Positions 33,471-48,400 of a stretch of 64,000 nucleotides of DNA are shown here, one piece after another. The stretch's first letter is position 1; every line of letters starts with the position of its first letter. The position numbers and the translations under genes were made by a program. Origin of the DNA: Thalia democratica (lineage: Eukaryota); contig OZ241834.1 in the NCBI GenBank assembly GCA_965202585.1, forward strand, positions 17,112,001 through 17,176,000, in the 5' to 3' direction. The notes under the pieces were generated by a model. That model was not told the origin of the DNA. It saw nothing but the letters and a program-made list of their open reading frames with translations, and made no database searches.

Positions 33471-36400
33471 TTAGTTGTTGTTTGCCGACGACCCTTGCGG
33501 GGTCCCTTCCCTCGACATCTGCTTGCCCTGCTGCCCCAGTGTCGGAGCCTTGCCCTGGACGGCCGCCTGAGCCACCGACGAGAAGAGCGCGTGGGCGTGC
33601 TGCACCGACTGCGGGTACACGTCAGCCGCCTGCATGTTGTACAGCATCGCGGCCGGGTTCAGTCCCGCGAAAGTGGCCGGATCAGACAAGTTCATTCGAT
33701 TCATTTGTTGCTGCAATTTGATTGTAATGAAATTGTGTTGAAGCGTCAAAGTTACGAAAAAAAGTTGCTAAAATCAGCGTTCTTGTATTGTGTATTTACG
33801 ATTAAAAGTAGTTAAAGATGTGAAGACAGTTTAAATAAAGCTTATAAAAAGTCAATAAAGTTTTGAAGCACTAATATAAAAAAATACAAAAAATATATAA
33901 CGTTTGGCTTATCACAACTAAGTATTAAATATAGAATAATAACACAGATTTATTTAATGAATGTTTAGAAACTAAGCTTTGTGAAATTATCTTTGAAGTA
34001 AATTTAATTACTTTATAAGTATACTTTACTAACAATATTAAATTTTATAGCACTTATTAGATTATGACAAAATATTGATTTAAAGTTTCACTTTGTATTT
34101 GAAAAAAATGTTTTGGAATTAACTTAGTATAATTTTAAAATGTTAAAATTTTGCATTCTAACTAATAAAATAGTTTAAGTTATTTTAAAGGCATTGAAAA
34201 ACCCAGTAAAAGTAATCAGATTTTTTTAGATTTTGAAATAAAATTTTTTTTAAAGAAAACTCAAAACTTTTATAAATAAGAATGAGTGTTACTAAACAAG
34301 TAAGGTTAACTTTTGCAATCAATTTAACAATTTATAATGCTTTAAGAAAAATTAAGTCTTCAAAAAGTTAATGATTGAAAATATTTTATATGAAAACTGT
34401 AATAGAAAAGAAAGTACTTGTATGTCGGGCCATCTTTGATGCTGAAGACCTCTAGTTGCTGCTACCAAATTACTTGCAATGGGGGGTGTTGTTGATGACC
34501 CAGTAAAGTCTGACCAAGCTTTACCGACATCTGTTTTAAAACCGAATTGAGTAAATAAATATAAAACTTTTTTTTTAATTGAAAAAATTACCACCAATAG
34601 TTGGATTAGGAAGCCTGTCAATTGCTTTTTGTCTTACGATTTTGTACATTTTTGGTCTTTTTTCAGTTGGTATAAGTTGAGTTGCATCAGTCAATACTCT
34701 CGATTTTCTTTTTAAATCTTGGTCCAATTTTTTTTGTTCTGCTAGACGTTTTTCTAAATCTATAGTTTTTAAAAATTAAATAAACTGTCTTAATTAGATT
34801 TTCCTAAAAATTCAAATTTAATTTTAAACATTTAACCTAAAGTAAAACTATTGTTATTAGTCATAGCAGGACTAATCTACTACCCTAATACTTAATCTGA
34901 TGCTAACTTACATTTTTTTAGAAATGAAGTTTATTGAAGTTTATGTTTACTAGAGCATGGAAATTTTACTTAAACTAAAACTTTAAAATGCAGAAAAAAA
35001 ATTAATTGCAAATTTGCTTTCTTAAGTGAGTTACAAAAACCATACAGTCAAAACATGATTGACTTTATTGTAGTATTAATCTGCATTAATTTCTTTAAAA
35101 GTTTGTTTCTAAAAATAATCTTAAAATATTTATGATTCAAACTAAAATACCTTTGTAGACTCTTATGTTTTTTGTCTACTCAGTTTTGATAAAAATAGGA
35201 TAACAAAAATCGCAAAAAAATATTCTTAGTTACCATGTATTATGTTAGCGTTATCTTCGGATTGTTTGTCAACAGAATGTTTATGAAAATTAAGTCTGTG
35301 CCTTATATTAGGAATGATTTCCAACGCTGCTACTGTGTTTGTCAACGTAACAGCATCTAAAAAAGTAACAGTAATAAATATCTAAATAGTGATTTATATA
35401 AGTTTTAAAGTATAAGAAAAGTTGTTTTAACACACATAAAAAACCAAACAATTAATACGTTTATGAAAATTTTATAAAGTCAAGCCAGAATACTTATTAG
35501 AGGATTTATTATACTGTGGTAGCTGTCAGGACTTTTCAAGTAGTAGTCATTTTTATGGCCCTAAGAAATTATGTTGTAAATGTGCTACGCTTGCAAAAGT
35601 TTTACTAAAGCAATTAAGATCTTTGATATAAAACTCAATAAACTACTCAACTAAGAAAAAGGTCTCTGTTTTTTTTTCTAATATAATTATAAATTTCTAC
35701 TTAATAGAAAATATATTTAAGAAGAAAGTAAACCTTTATGTTTGACAAGTTTTATTAATATAACTTATATTGTGCAAAACTATTAACTTAATTAAATAAT
35801 AAATTTTAAATTTTATTAAACAAAACAACGTTTCACTCGTTTGAAGACGAGATCTTCAGTTGTTTTAAATCTTTTTCAAATAGATTCTATTCTATTTGAA
35901 TAAGATTTTAAACAAATGAAGATCTCGTCTTCAAACGAGTGAAACATTGTTTTGTTTAATAAAATTTAAAATTTATTATTGATCAATCTCCTTTTATTTT
36001 ATTTAAGTTGAGAACTTTAATTGCCACCTTTAAAGTATAAAGTACGCAACTTAATTAAAGGGAATTATTTTTTTGAGCTAAAAAAAGTAAATTAACTACG
36101 TGTTTTAGTTTGAACTAGACTTACTACTAAGTAAAAAAATTAAATAAGTTGCTTGTTTACAGAAGATCCTAGTCTTTAAACAAATTTTTCTAGTTTAGCT
36201 TTAGTACAACTCTTTTTTTTTACTTTGTATTATGTGCTAAAACTTGATACTATATCCTAAATTAGCTTTCTCATCCTGGTAATATTAAATTTTTACATGA
36301 TCTTAGCCAAAAATCCTAAGTTAACAAGAATATAACTTCTATCGATCGGTTATTTGTAAGCATCTAATTATTTTATTGGTCTAAATTTAATAGTTTAAAT

Positions 36401-39400
36401 AAAATTTGGTTAATTTAGACGCTAATTTTTTTGAACTTTTTATATATAATTGATTATTTTCGTGAGAAGCATCACAATTAACAAAATGCAAAATTGTTTA
36501 AGTTTAAGAATTTTTTTAAAGAGTTAATAATTTGAGATAACTATAACAGCTCTCATTTATATATCAGAGATAAGAATATGAGTAAATAATAAAGCAAAAA
36601 GAATATCCTAAATATATTTTTAAACGATTTTATAAATATTCTATACCTATTCTTCTTAAACTTTTTGTTAAAGGTCCAATATTGTATTTTACATGTCAAG
36701 CAAGTTCATGATAGATGTAATTACACTTGAAATCTAGAACATCTTAAAAAATATCAAGTTTAAAAAAAAGTTAAAAAAATCTCAGTTTAGAATAGCCTTT
36801 TTCACAAAGTAAAAGTCTATTTTTAACTAAGTATAGAATAAAAGTGTTTGTTCCCGCTAAGTGTCTAGAATTTTTAAAAACCAAAAAAATGACTTAAAAA
36901 GTAGTGAAGGACTAATTGTTATATTTTTGAAGATTGAATGTCCTCAAAGTCTTTTCATAAATACACAAAAGCAGTTTTTGATTATTATGGTGACGTTTCT
37001 GATTAAAAATTGGATCAAGGTTGCGTACTTACTCAAACTCTTTTCGGAGTTTTGCTTTAAATTACTTTAAATTGCGCTTTTGGATCGTCAACTAACTGAA
37101 AGTTAAACTCCATCAAAGAACTGATAATCATCCTTTAAACCTTGCATGTCTGAAAGCAAAGCAGAAGGTGAAAAACTTAGTACAAGATCTCCTTTTTGCT
37201 GATGATAGATCCCTTCGCCCTAAAAGTTTAGACACTTCTTAATCAGCAGAGTCAGACTTTTGCCATATCTTTTGCCTTAAAAAGCTAATGTCCTAAGCGA
37301 AGGAACAGATATTCTACCAGCAATCAAGAACGATGGTAAGGGCATAAAAAATGTAAAAAAAGTGTATTTGGCTCGAGTATTGCGTAAAACGTATCATTGG
37401 ACAAGTAAATTAATTGTAGCGTTTTAAAGTTTTATGATTTTTCGTTTGACTGACTATAAAACTCTTGGATAACCAAAAGTTAGGTTTTCGCTCTAAGTAT
37501 AATACTTTTTGTGCCTGTGTATGAAGTAAAACTTGGGGAATGATGTTGTACTTAACGAAACGTGGACCTTGTTGAAAAAAAACACTTATGATGCCTTCGA
37601 TATATAAAAAAAAAAAGACAAAAAAAGAATAACCAAAATAGAAACATGGAGACTTACTAATTTTTCTACTATCTACTTTAACCTCAGCCTGTGCAGGCTT
37701 CGCTTACTTAGTCATGTACTAAGGATGTGCGACGAGCGAATGACATCCAAAAGTCAATGTTGTACAGCGAGTTGTTAATTGGCAGACGCAAACGCGGTCG
37801 GTTAACAGTACGTTCACTAAAAGCGACCCAAAAATCTTGAATGTTAGCACTTATAAGTGGAAAGAGTCTGCTTATGACCGTGAAAAGTTTGAATACAAAG
37901 GACTAGAAGAAAGAAAAAGGCGACACTTTAGAAAACCCCAGCAGACGAAGAAATCAGAATTAAATTAAATTCTATTTTGTTTGCTTTTTCTTTGTTTACT
38001 TTTTATTTATTTATTTTATTTCAATACTTAGTTATATCACTGTGTTTGACTCTGTTTTAAGTGTAGCGTTTTTTTTTTTTGTACAACATTAAATTTTTGA
38101 GAACAAATGCTCTGTCGATCTTGACTGGTAGCGGGCCTATTGTTACTATTTTTAAACATTTTACTTCTATTTCTCATCAAAATAAATTACTTAAGAAAGT
38201 TAAGTTTAAACTATTATGTTTACAGACATTTAAACTTAAAAAGAAGCGAAACTAAATAGGATTGTTTAACTTTAATCACAATAGTTTATTCAAAGTGTTA
38301 TGAAGTATTAACCTAAGTTTGTTTTTATACATTGAATGCTCCTTAAAAATAAAATTTTACTTAGCGTTATAGATGTCAGTACAATAAAAGACTACTTACT
38401 TAAAAAAATTAAAAAATCAAATCAAATCTTTCTTACAAACCTTCAGCCGAAATGTTAGGTCCTTTACTACAGCGACCCATCAAGTTTTTAAATTGGTTTA
38501 GAGCATCACCCATTATTTGTTCAAATAGATCACTGTTTATCATACTACTCCAAAACTTTTGAAGATCTAAAAAGGTTTTTCATATGTTATTTTTACTTTA
38601 GCAGTAGTAAAAAAAAGATGTTAACAAGAAGTTAAGATAATTATTTTATACAGTTTTCTGTTAAACAAGAATATTTAGAGAGCTTTATATTGTACAGTAC
38701 TTTAGAGGAGATTTTATTTATACCACAATTTCTTAAGTTAACAATATTTTAGTGTCGATGATAAGCTAAACTTTCATTTTGAAATTTTCTAACAATAGAC
38801 TTTTCTTACTTTATTTTTTTATTTTTTTTTAACTTAGACTTTTGTCTTTAAATTTGGTTTGTTGACTTCAATAATAAATTATTTAAACTAGTTTAGAAAA
38901 CAATCGTATTTAACAAATGCCTATACACAAAAAGTTTACTAATTCAAGTAAAATGCATACTTTGTTGGCTAAATAGTTCTAAGAATTATTTAAAGGTAAA
39001 ATAAAAAGAAGGCATGTTTGTTTTATTTTAAGTTAGGATGTTCAAATTCTTCTTGACCATCATCTAACCGTATGCTTTTTCTCCTGTTATACTGGTGTCT
39101 CTCATAATACTCCCGTCAAGACCACCAATTCCAGAATCTTCAGAAGAGCTAGATCTTTCAAGAGAATCAGCTGGATGCATGTTCAAGATACCTGTTGAAG
39201 GATTTCCTACTAAAACGTTTGCAGTACTAAGTTCGTACTTAAATAAACTAAGGACTTTTTATTTGATACTTACCTAAATCTGAAACTAAACCAAGTCAGT
39301 TTAAACTCTTTCACTATTTTGCTTTTATTACGATTGTTTTACAACACCAAATTATTACTTTTTAATGTTTGTTTGTAAGCAAAATCATGCATTTTTAAAA

Positions 39401-42400
39401 CTTACATTTGAAGCTAATTTTGTGTTAAAACTGTTCATTCTAAAAAGTTTCTTAAATGTTAGTCTAAACATAATACATGCAATACTTATATATTTAAAAC
39501 AATAACTTACTTTTTATTTCTATAGACCATTACTTTTGGTAAAAGAAGAACTTGATAAAAGTTAATACCAAGTTTAAGTTATACTTTTATTTTTCTTATG
39601 TTAGGAAAACTTATAATTTAGTCTACTATTTATTTTAATTAGCTTATGCTATAAATATATTTAAAAAGTTTAAAGTTTATAGCGAAAGAGTTTAAACTGG
39701 CTTGGTTTTATCGTTTCAGGTTTTATAATAATACTTTATTCAATAAACTATATCTAAGTTAGTCAAAGGTGTTTTTATACGTCTAGACTACGTGTTTTGT
39801 ATCAAAATTAATTAGATAGAATAACTGTTTTCGCTATTACGTTTGATTACTCAAAGGTCTAGGTATGTTCACCTTTGAATTAGTCTGTTTTATGAATTTT
39901 TGAATAAAAGTTTCTTCTTGTCAGCAAATTAATTTCTTATACTATGGGTCAAGTACTAAAAATAGTCAAAAGTACAGTGAAAAGTTTCACTTTAAAAGTT
40001 TCAAGATTAAATTAAAAACTCTTACTTATAAAATACTACCATAAATGCTTCAAAAAAGTTATAGGTTAGTAAAACCAAATTTCAAACAGATTAAAGAGCA
40101 ACAGAAAAATTTTAAAACAACTAAAGTTTTGTGAAACTTAAGAAATACTTTAAGGACAGTGAAACTTACCTCTTTTGTTGAGGTGGTGTGGGCCAGTTCT
40201 TCTTGAAGCTATTACACTTGTGTACATGGATCCAGAGTCGTCATGGGTGTGCTGAGTAATGACTGATGTTTCAGTGTGAGGCTTTAATATTAAATTTTCA
40301 TCAGTTCAAATGATTTTTTTAATGCAAAATACTGAGTTAGTTTAAGAATTTATTTAAAAAAAGTATAAGTTTTTGCTTTCGATAAAAATCTTACGTGTAT
40401 CATTAGAAATCTTAAAATGTCATGCCTATTTAAAATAAAAAATTTTAAAGGTATTTTAAGAATTAATACGACAGCACTTTTTTAATCTTTATAAAAATTA
40501 CTAATTAGTTTTTGGTGACATTTAGATAGTTTTCGAAGCAAAGTAAAATTTACTTTAAAAAAACAACATATTTCAAAAACTAAATCAAAATATTTGTTTA
40601 AGTTTTACTTTGAAAAATGTTTGTTCCTTCATTACGAATTTTGTTATAACTTAAACTAAAACATAAGGATAACCAAATTTAGATGTTATTGTTATCCAGA
40701 TAATATTTGTCCAAAAAAATATATTTTTTTTAGTTAAATATGTGTTTGTAGTTTTGTTTCCTTTTGTAGCTAGTAAAATTTTATTTACTTTTCTTTTACC
40801 TAAAAATTTTTTTTTAGAAAAGTAAACTAGTTTATTTTAAGTTGGTAAAATGTTCTCATTAAAATACATAGAATTTGTTAATGAAATTTTTCTTCAAAAT
40901 TTATCACTGTTTATACTGTAGTACGAATAAAATCTTATAATAAAAACTAGTCTTAAAACGGTATTTATTTTTTCTAGATAGTTACTATTTGATTATTCCA
41001 AATAGAATAATAGTTACTCCATAACGTTTCTGTCCACACTAGTGTGCACAAGTGCAATTAAAAAAATCACTGTTTTAACATACAGTCATTTTTTACTATG
41101 CAAATAATTTTCTCCTAACTTTAGAAATAGCACAAACATCACATTTTAAGTAATGAAATAATAAACCTATCCTTTTCTAAACAAAATAAAAATAAACGCT
41201 GATAGTTTTCAAGGTCAAGGTAACACGAAATATTTAAACTTAAAGTATTTAGTTTACATTTTTTAATATGTTATAGAACAAAAAAACTTTTAAATAAGTT
41301 CAAAACACTCTTATACATATGTGCTAGATAGTTATTTTTTAAGTTTTTTTAATAAATAAAATGCTGAGCTAATTAGTACAATTTCAAAAAAAGGTTGTTT
41401 ATGTAACGATCTTACTATAAATCAAAAGTTAAACATTTTAATATTCTTCAGTTTAGCAAAACAAAAGCAATTAGTTAGTATACGAACCTGCACTGCAGGC
41501 TCATCAAAAGATTTGTTTGATCTGCATTGATTTGAACAGTTGTTATCATGATCATAATAGTTCAAATCTCCTTGTTCAATTAGTTTTCTAAATTTATAAA
41601 GGGTGTTACTTTAGAACATTAAAAAGTAAAAAGTATTTTAAGCAAGGAAACTAATTATGTTTAACATAGTTATACCATGTCTACTTTTTGTAGTACTCAT
41701 TTATAATTATGTAATTATATTTTTTTTATTAACAACAAAATTTTATATTGCACTTTGAAATCTAAAAAAAAAAGCTACTTCCTTTAACTTAGTCACTTTG
41801 GTTTTTGTTTAATTTCTAAAAAAGAGTTTAAAAAATTATTAAGAAGTTTATAGTTATGTAAAATATTTCTAGTCTTTTAATCATTACTTTTGGTTGTTTA
41901 GTTAAAAGAAAAGTTGTTCAACAAATTTAGGAAATCTAAAATAAAAGAGTAGGTTAAAAACCTTAGCATTTGGCCTTTTATTCTAATTGCTCGTTTCCAA
42001 TCTTTTAAAGTTGACTTTCCTGCCAAATTTACGAATTCTTTTGGAGTTAACCAAGTGTCTTGCGTCTGAAACAAAGTTTATAGTTATTAAATTTTTAAAT
42101 TTATTCGAAAAATTAATCTAGCAAGCTTACTTTCACACATTTAGCGTTAATTCCTGGACAGACAAATTTCTTCCAAATTAGTTCTCCTTGATTGTTACCG
42201 CAAGTGATTGGATATGTAGTGTCATCATTAGGTCTGTTGAGAAAGTTTAACTTTTTAAAGACAGTATTCACATTTTTTTCTTTTGATGAAACAAAGTTTG
42301 AAACAAAGTTAAGTATGATTTCCATGCTAAATGATTAATGCATATCAACAAAAAAAGACAGTATATTTTAATATAGTTTTATAAGGTATCTATTAAGAAA

Positions 42401-45400
42401 AAGTTCATGCAGAGTTTATGAAGCTTTTGATTTGTTTTTAAAAAGTCAAATGTAAAGCTTTAGAAAAAAAGCTACATTTTAATGCAGTCTAAACAAGTTT
42501 AGTGTCAGTAACTTTTGCTTAAAGTAACACTATTGTTTATGCTTAAAGATATTAAATGTAATAAAACGTTTACAAGGACTTATCAATTATAATTTTGTAG
42601 TAAAAAGAGTAATTAGATCTTTTTTTTATCATTATCTAGCTCTTTTCTTACTTATCATGATCGTTTGAATCAGCTCTATAATCTTTAGATAAGTAATGGT
42701 GGTTGATTGTAGGAGATGAAACTCTTTGTTGATTTGGCTGATGTCTTTCAATTCTACATAAAGAACATCTTTTTTTAATGATTTATACTTTTAGATTTAG
42801 GAATATAAAAAGAAGAAGAGAGTCAAAAAAGTTATGGATTTTAAATGGTGCTACAAATTACTCCAATTTTTTATTCACTATAATCCAAATCAAAATTTAC
42901 AATGCAACCTTACTAAACCCTTCTACTGAAAAACACACAATAATGAAGGACCTAATGGTATCGACGGATAGTTAAGCTGAGTTTTAATAATTTTTTGTTT
43001 AATATTTTTCTTAACTTTTTGTCCTCTTTTAATTTAAGTTATGTATTTTTATTCTTTTTATAAGAATTTTTACTAAACTTTTTTTATAATGAAAATGTTA
43101 TGTCTTAAATCATTACATGATAAATCTTAAAATTCTAAACGCTTTACAGTATTATAGACCCACACTTTTATCTTTGATTATAATTTATTATAAGTCTTCT
43201 ATTGTTTTTTGCATTTTTTTTTGTCTTCATTAACTAAACATATATTTCAAAAAGCAAAATGTATAACAGAAAAGCTATTAAAGTTGTTTTAGATAAAACC
43301 ACCGGTAAGCAACAAAAAGCTAGCATTCAAAAAATTACATAAACTCGTAATACCTGTTCATTATGTGTCTGTTATCAGTCATATAGTTTGACTTTGGAGG
43401 AGTGAGCGTCACAACGTGGTTATCTTTTGAGTTTCTAAATAAATTTGTTAATACTTTTAAGTTTGTTAACAGTTAATCGTTTTCTAAATTACTAACTGTA
43501 AAGCTAAGATAAATATTACTTTAATTTAAAAATAAACATAATTTATAAAAGAATGTTCATACGAAAGCAATTTTTTATAAACTAACTTAAGTAAGTTGAA
43601 AATAAGAAAAAATAAGGCATTATTTATAAAGCAGCAAAAAATGCTAAAAAAATGATGTTTAAAATAACCTAAAATATTTATTTCTTTTCATTTTTAATAA
43701 ATACACAGAAACTAAAAAATAAGGTTTCTTAATGATGGCTAAAAAGAATGATATGAGTAAAATAGAATTTTAATTCACAAAAAAATCAAAAACAGATTAT
43801 CTAAATTTTACTTTTAGACGTTCTTCATACTATTTTTGTTTCTATGAGCAGATAAAATTTTAAATAGGTTTACAGATAACACTTAGGTTTATATTCCTTA
43901 AAATATATAAACCTAAGCCTAACGAAGCAACAGAGTCATTATCAAAAAACATAAGTTATTAAGTTTGAAAACACTACCTGTATCTTCCGACTACAAAATG
44001 TTGTATAATAAGGCTATGGCTTTATATGTATAGATATTGTTTACTAAGTAAAAACAAGATGAATTTAAGTATTTGATTTTTCCGTAAAATATTTATTTCA
44101 TAATGATACTACTGATTCCGTGTGAAATTAGAACATTCTGTACAATCAAGTCAATGTTAAAACTGTACTACGTTTTGGCAAAACATTTCAAACCGATATA
44201 AAGATCTCATAATTGTATGTATAAACTTATACATATTTATATATATTTATCCATACTCAAAATATAAAAACCGAAAATTACTCGAGAATTTTTACTTCTA
44301 AAGTTTAGTTTATGTTACCTAAACAGTTGTTGAAAACTTACAAAAAACACTTGTCTCATTAAATAAATTAAAAAATACAACACATCTGTTGTAATATATT
44401 TAATTGCAAATATATATACTAAGTTTTAATTCTATAACTTTGTATCATAAATTTTTACTTTCACCTTTTTTTTTTTTCCTTTTCGAATACTAAACAAAAA
44501 AAAATTATTAAAATCCTTTTAAAAAAGAACCTTTATATGAATAAAAATTACACTTATTATATGCAAAGCATAAACAGAAAGTAAATAGTAAAAGTTAAAC
44601 TAAAAGATTTTAGCAATTATCTCAAGAAGATACAAAAAATAGTATAATAGTTATGTAGAACTTACAACTGCATCATTGCAAAACCAAAACAGGTACTATT
44701 TTAAATATTTAATTATAAGTTAGTAAAATAGTTATAAAAAATAGCAGATTAAATAAAACTGTTCCTGTTATTTTGTGTATTGATTATTTTTTGAAGCAAT
44801 AAAACTCTTATTTTCATAGTAAATCCATTAAGCTTATTTAAACAGCTTACCTTATATATTTTTTCAAAAAATTATAAAAACAATATAAATTATTAAATTG
44901 GTAAAAAGTTTCTTTAAATAAAATTTTCAGTAGAATGTAAAAAAATTTATTTTAAGTAAAAGTTTAGTGCAAGTAAAACACTTGTATAATCAATGTTAAT
45001 TTCATTATTTCACTTAACTGATCTAGTACCTTTTATTCTTATAAAACACTGTAAGTATTTCTAAGAGACAAACGTTTTTAACACAATCAAAAAAAAAAAC
45101 AGATCCGAGACTTTTAATCGAAAAATATTTATTTTGAATCGAAATCTAATTAACAACCAACATTTTGTCAGAATCAAAGGAAGACTGTGAATGGCTTGCC
45201 TTCAAGCGAGCCATGCGTTCAACTACCATTGATGTGCTACGGTCTTGGTCCTTGAAAAAAAAATCATGTTTGTTTAATTTTATATCAAAATTTACTATAA
45301 ACAAATGAATATTTACAATTATGAATGTGTTGAATTTGAACAATTGATAGCGATAATTTAGGATGTTTTTTAAGGTAATAAATATTGACCAAATTTGTAA

Positions 45401-48400
45401 CAAAAGCTGGATAAAATTCTTAATCGTAACTAGTTTCTTATAAACTTTTAACCATTCTAATTTCTAAAATTTATCAAGAAGGTTTTTTAGATAAATAAAT
45501 ATTAATAAAAAAAACTTAAGTATGTTTCTTATAAACAGAAATATAAAACTGAGTTTCAAAGTTATCAACCACTTAGTTAGCGAAGCTTAAGAAAATAATT
45601 ATGCTTTAACATTATTATCAAGCAAAAATTTTTACAAAATATAACATTGGTTTTAAAAATAAAGTTGTTTAATGATCATTGGATAAAAAGTAGCTTTAGC
45701 GAATTCTCATAGATTTTATTTTACTTTCGAAAGTTAAGTATTTAAACCATACAAAAACAAAAAAAGTAATTCAGTAAACTAATGTTTTAGTTTTTTAAAA
45801 ACAAAAAAAAAGTTAAATTTTAAAAACAAAGGACTCATTGCTAATTAAAGTATAGTAATTTTTGCTTAAAAAAAAATTAATTTAACTTTTTAGAGCTAGA
45901 CAGACCAATACTACAAACTAAAGTTTTCGTAATTAAATACAAAAAGATCAAACAGAAAATTTTAGGAGTAAAAAAATATATAAAAGTTTTACTAAAAAAC
46001 TACATGTTAACCAAAATATAAGGCTTGTTTTTTAATAGAGTAAAATGCTTTTATAAATTTTAATTTTAAAGTTTTAAATTTTTACTTACATTATACACTT
46101 GTTTTTTACAAAAAAAATGATCAAGTGAGTCTTGAAACTAATTTTCTTATATTAAAATTAGTATTTGAACTTTTATTCTAAAATTTAAATAGTCAGTAGT
46201 ATAACATATGCAAAATATACACTTAAACTTTCTTGAAAAATTTGTTTTCTAAAGTCTAAGATGTAAATAAATCGAAACAATCATATGTTAAAATTATGTT
46301 TCTTACATTCATCTAATAAAATCTTTAGAGGTTTTTTAATAATAAAAATTTATAGACTTGGTTTCTACAGTACTTGCAGGAAATATAGCTTATAAAACAC
46401 TTTTTCAAATTTTTAGTAACAAATCCAATGGTTTTAGTTTAAGATATATTTTTAGCCAGTTTGTAATTAAAAAAAAAAAACTAATACACTGTTAAATGCA
46501 ACTTTTGTATATATACCATTCTTGTTATTAAACTATAGTTGAAAAAGTTAAATTTGAAAAGATAAAAAAAAATTAAAGTACTAATGTATTTGAATAATTA
46601 GTATTATAAAAAAATATATTTAATTAAACAAAGCCAAATATATATATAAAAAAGACCTTACACCTTTTGATTTAACTATTTAGTCGTAGATATTTTATAA
46701 TGATTTTTTTTTTTTGTAATTATTGTACTATAGTCGTAAATATGTTATTACACTTCTTTTAAAATACAGCTCAAACTTTAATAAATACTATCGTCAAAAT
46801 TTTATATAAGTTTAATTACTTTTGCAAACTCTACCTGTGATGGCTGTCTTAAAAGAGATTTTGTTTTTCTGACAGTATTCCCTATTTCCATATTTTTTTG
46901 CTGTTGCTGTTGTTGATGTTGCTGTTGTTGACTCGCTATTTTTGCTTGTAAAGTTGATTGTATATAGCTCTGTATTCTGCTTGTAAAATACCGTTTTGTT
47001 ACCTCTTTTTATAGTCAAAGTACTACAATGAACAGTTTAATAAGTGAAAAAAAAGTATACAACACAAAGCCAATTTGTTTTAGTCATTTCTAAAATTAAT
47101 CAACAAGTTGCTGTAAACGTTAGTGCCGTTTTTAAAAATTGAAATTTTGCCATTATAAATCGATATTTCAGAGGTTTTTTGCTTCACGTTCATGCGCGTA
47201 TGACGCAAAGCAAATTTTAAACGTATGAAGCGTGTGTATTGACCGATAAATTGAGTTTTTACCTCGTTTGAACGTGATAAATCAATTTAGTGCATTGCAA
47301 GAAGCATTTTTTATTTTAACGCAGTTAAAGTAGCTGCGATGAACTTTATTGACGTAGAGAGTTATTTATTTACATGTTCAGCTAAAAAGAGGATATTAAA
47401 ATAAGCTAGTATTTATAATGTTAAGAAATCTAATAATTTAAAACTTAAAATCCTTTATCCGGCTTAAAGTTAGTCTATTTTTTCTAACATCCAGGTAGTT
47501 TATTTAGTTTCTAATAAATTTAGCATATGTATATATATTTCTCTTACATTTAAACAAAGATATATAAGATGATTTAACGTGTTATCATAAAGAAATTTTT
47601 TTTAACGTTTTTGCATAAAAGATTTCAAAATGACAGTCTAAACAATATGTTTAGTTTTAAAAATCTAATAAAGAATAAAAAAAGAAAGATAAAAATTGGG
47701 AGATGTTTGAAGAAAACAACTTTAAAATTTAAGATATTTAATACTTTAAAGCTTTTTACTTTGTTTTTACTGTTGTTTAAAAATACTGTAGTATAATTTT
47801 AATAATGCGTTTTTTACAAAGTTGCTAAAAAGAAAGAAAACCGACTGTTTTTTAATAAAAAAGCAATCAAAGTAGTATTTCAGCACATAATAATATTAAA
47901 CGTCAAAGAGCAAACCATTACAAAAGCTTGTTTTTTAGTATCCGTTCAAAATCAAAATTGTTTTTCTTATCATCAAACTGAGCAGTAACGTGTAAAGTAA
48001 TCACCCACACGTCCTTGAAATTTCACGATACAGTCATATAAGACTTTGAAAAATAGTAACAGATTGTTTTTCTATAAAAAGTACTAAGACTTTCTATAAC
48101 AGGTAAAACTAGAACTTTTTTCGTGACTTAGATACGCTATAAATACATTTTAAATCGATTTAAGTGATCAACAGCCATTTCTAGCTAATATATCGAAAAG
48201 TTGCGGCGAAAACATGGGTTCCCGTTTCTCGCGTTTTGTTGTATCAACTTTTATAATGACCTAAATTTAACACAGCATAATTTCAACAGAATAAAGTAAG
48301 AAAAGTAGTTTAGTTTCTAATTATTTACAAATTGTTAAACGCTTAACTTTCACAGAAAGCACTAAAATGAATTGTGTATAAGGAAGCAATTAACCTTATA

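Larger units (their letters stand above)
21578..34369. repeat. Recent head-to-tail tandem segmental duplication: unit A 21578-27971 (6394 bp), unit B 27972-34366 (6395 bp); GTT microhomology at the junction
   Basis: Every ORF and motif recurs at +6394/6395. I saw only 8 differences: 22710, 23561, 24231, 26677, 26708, 26843, 27139 and a 1-bp indel near 27360. The junction reads gtcttcaaaaa-GTT-ctctccaaaa. Confidence 0.93.

Noticed and set aside
34352-34621. 89-aa ORF or the DVGKAW...PDIQ frame as the GMEB penultimate exon
   Set aside because: The upstream exon ends in phase 0, which selects the MSVKLGQTLLGHQQHPPLQ|gtaatt reading (34530-34474). The other frame is phase-incompatible.
46812-47018. 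ORF-track translations at 46812-47018, 49919-50170 and 49983-50183
   Set aside because: Wrong frames or strand; the phase-consistent exons encode poly-Q and Ser/Ala/Gln-rich GMEB sequence.
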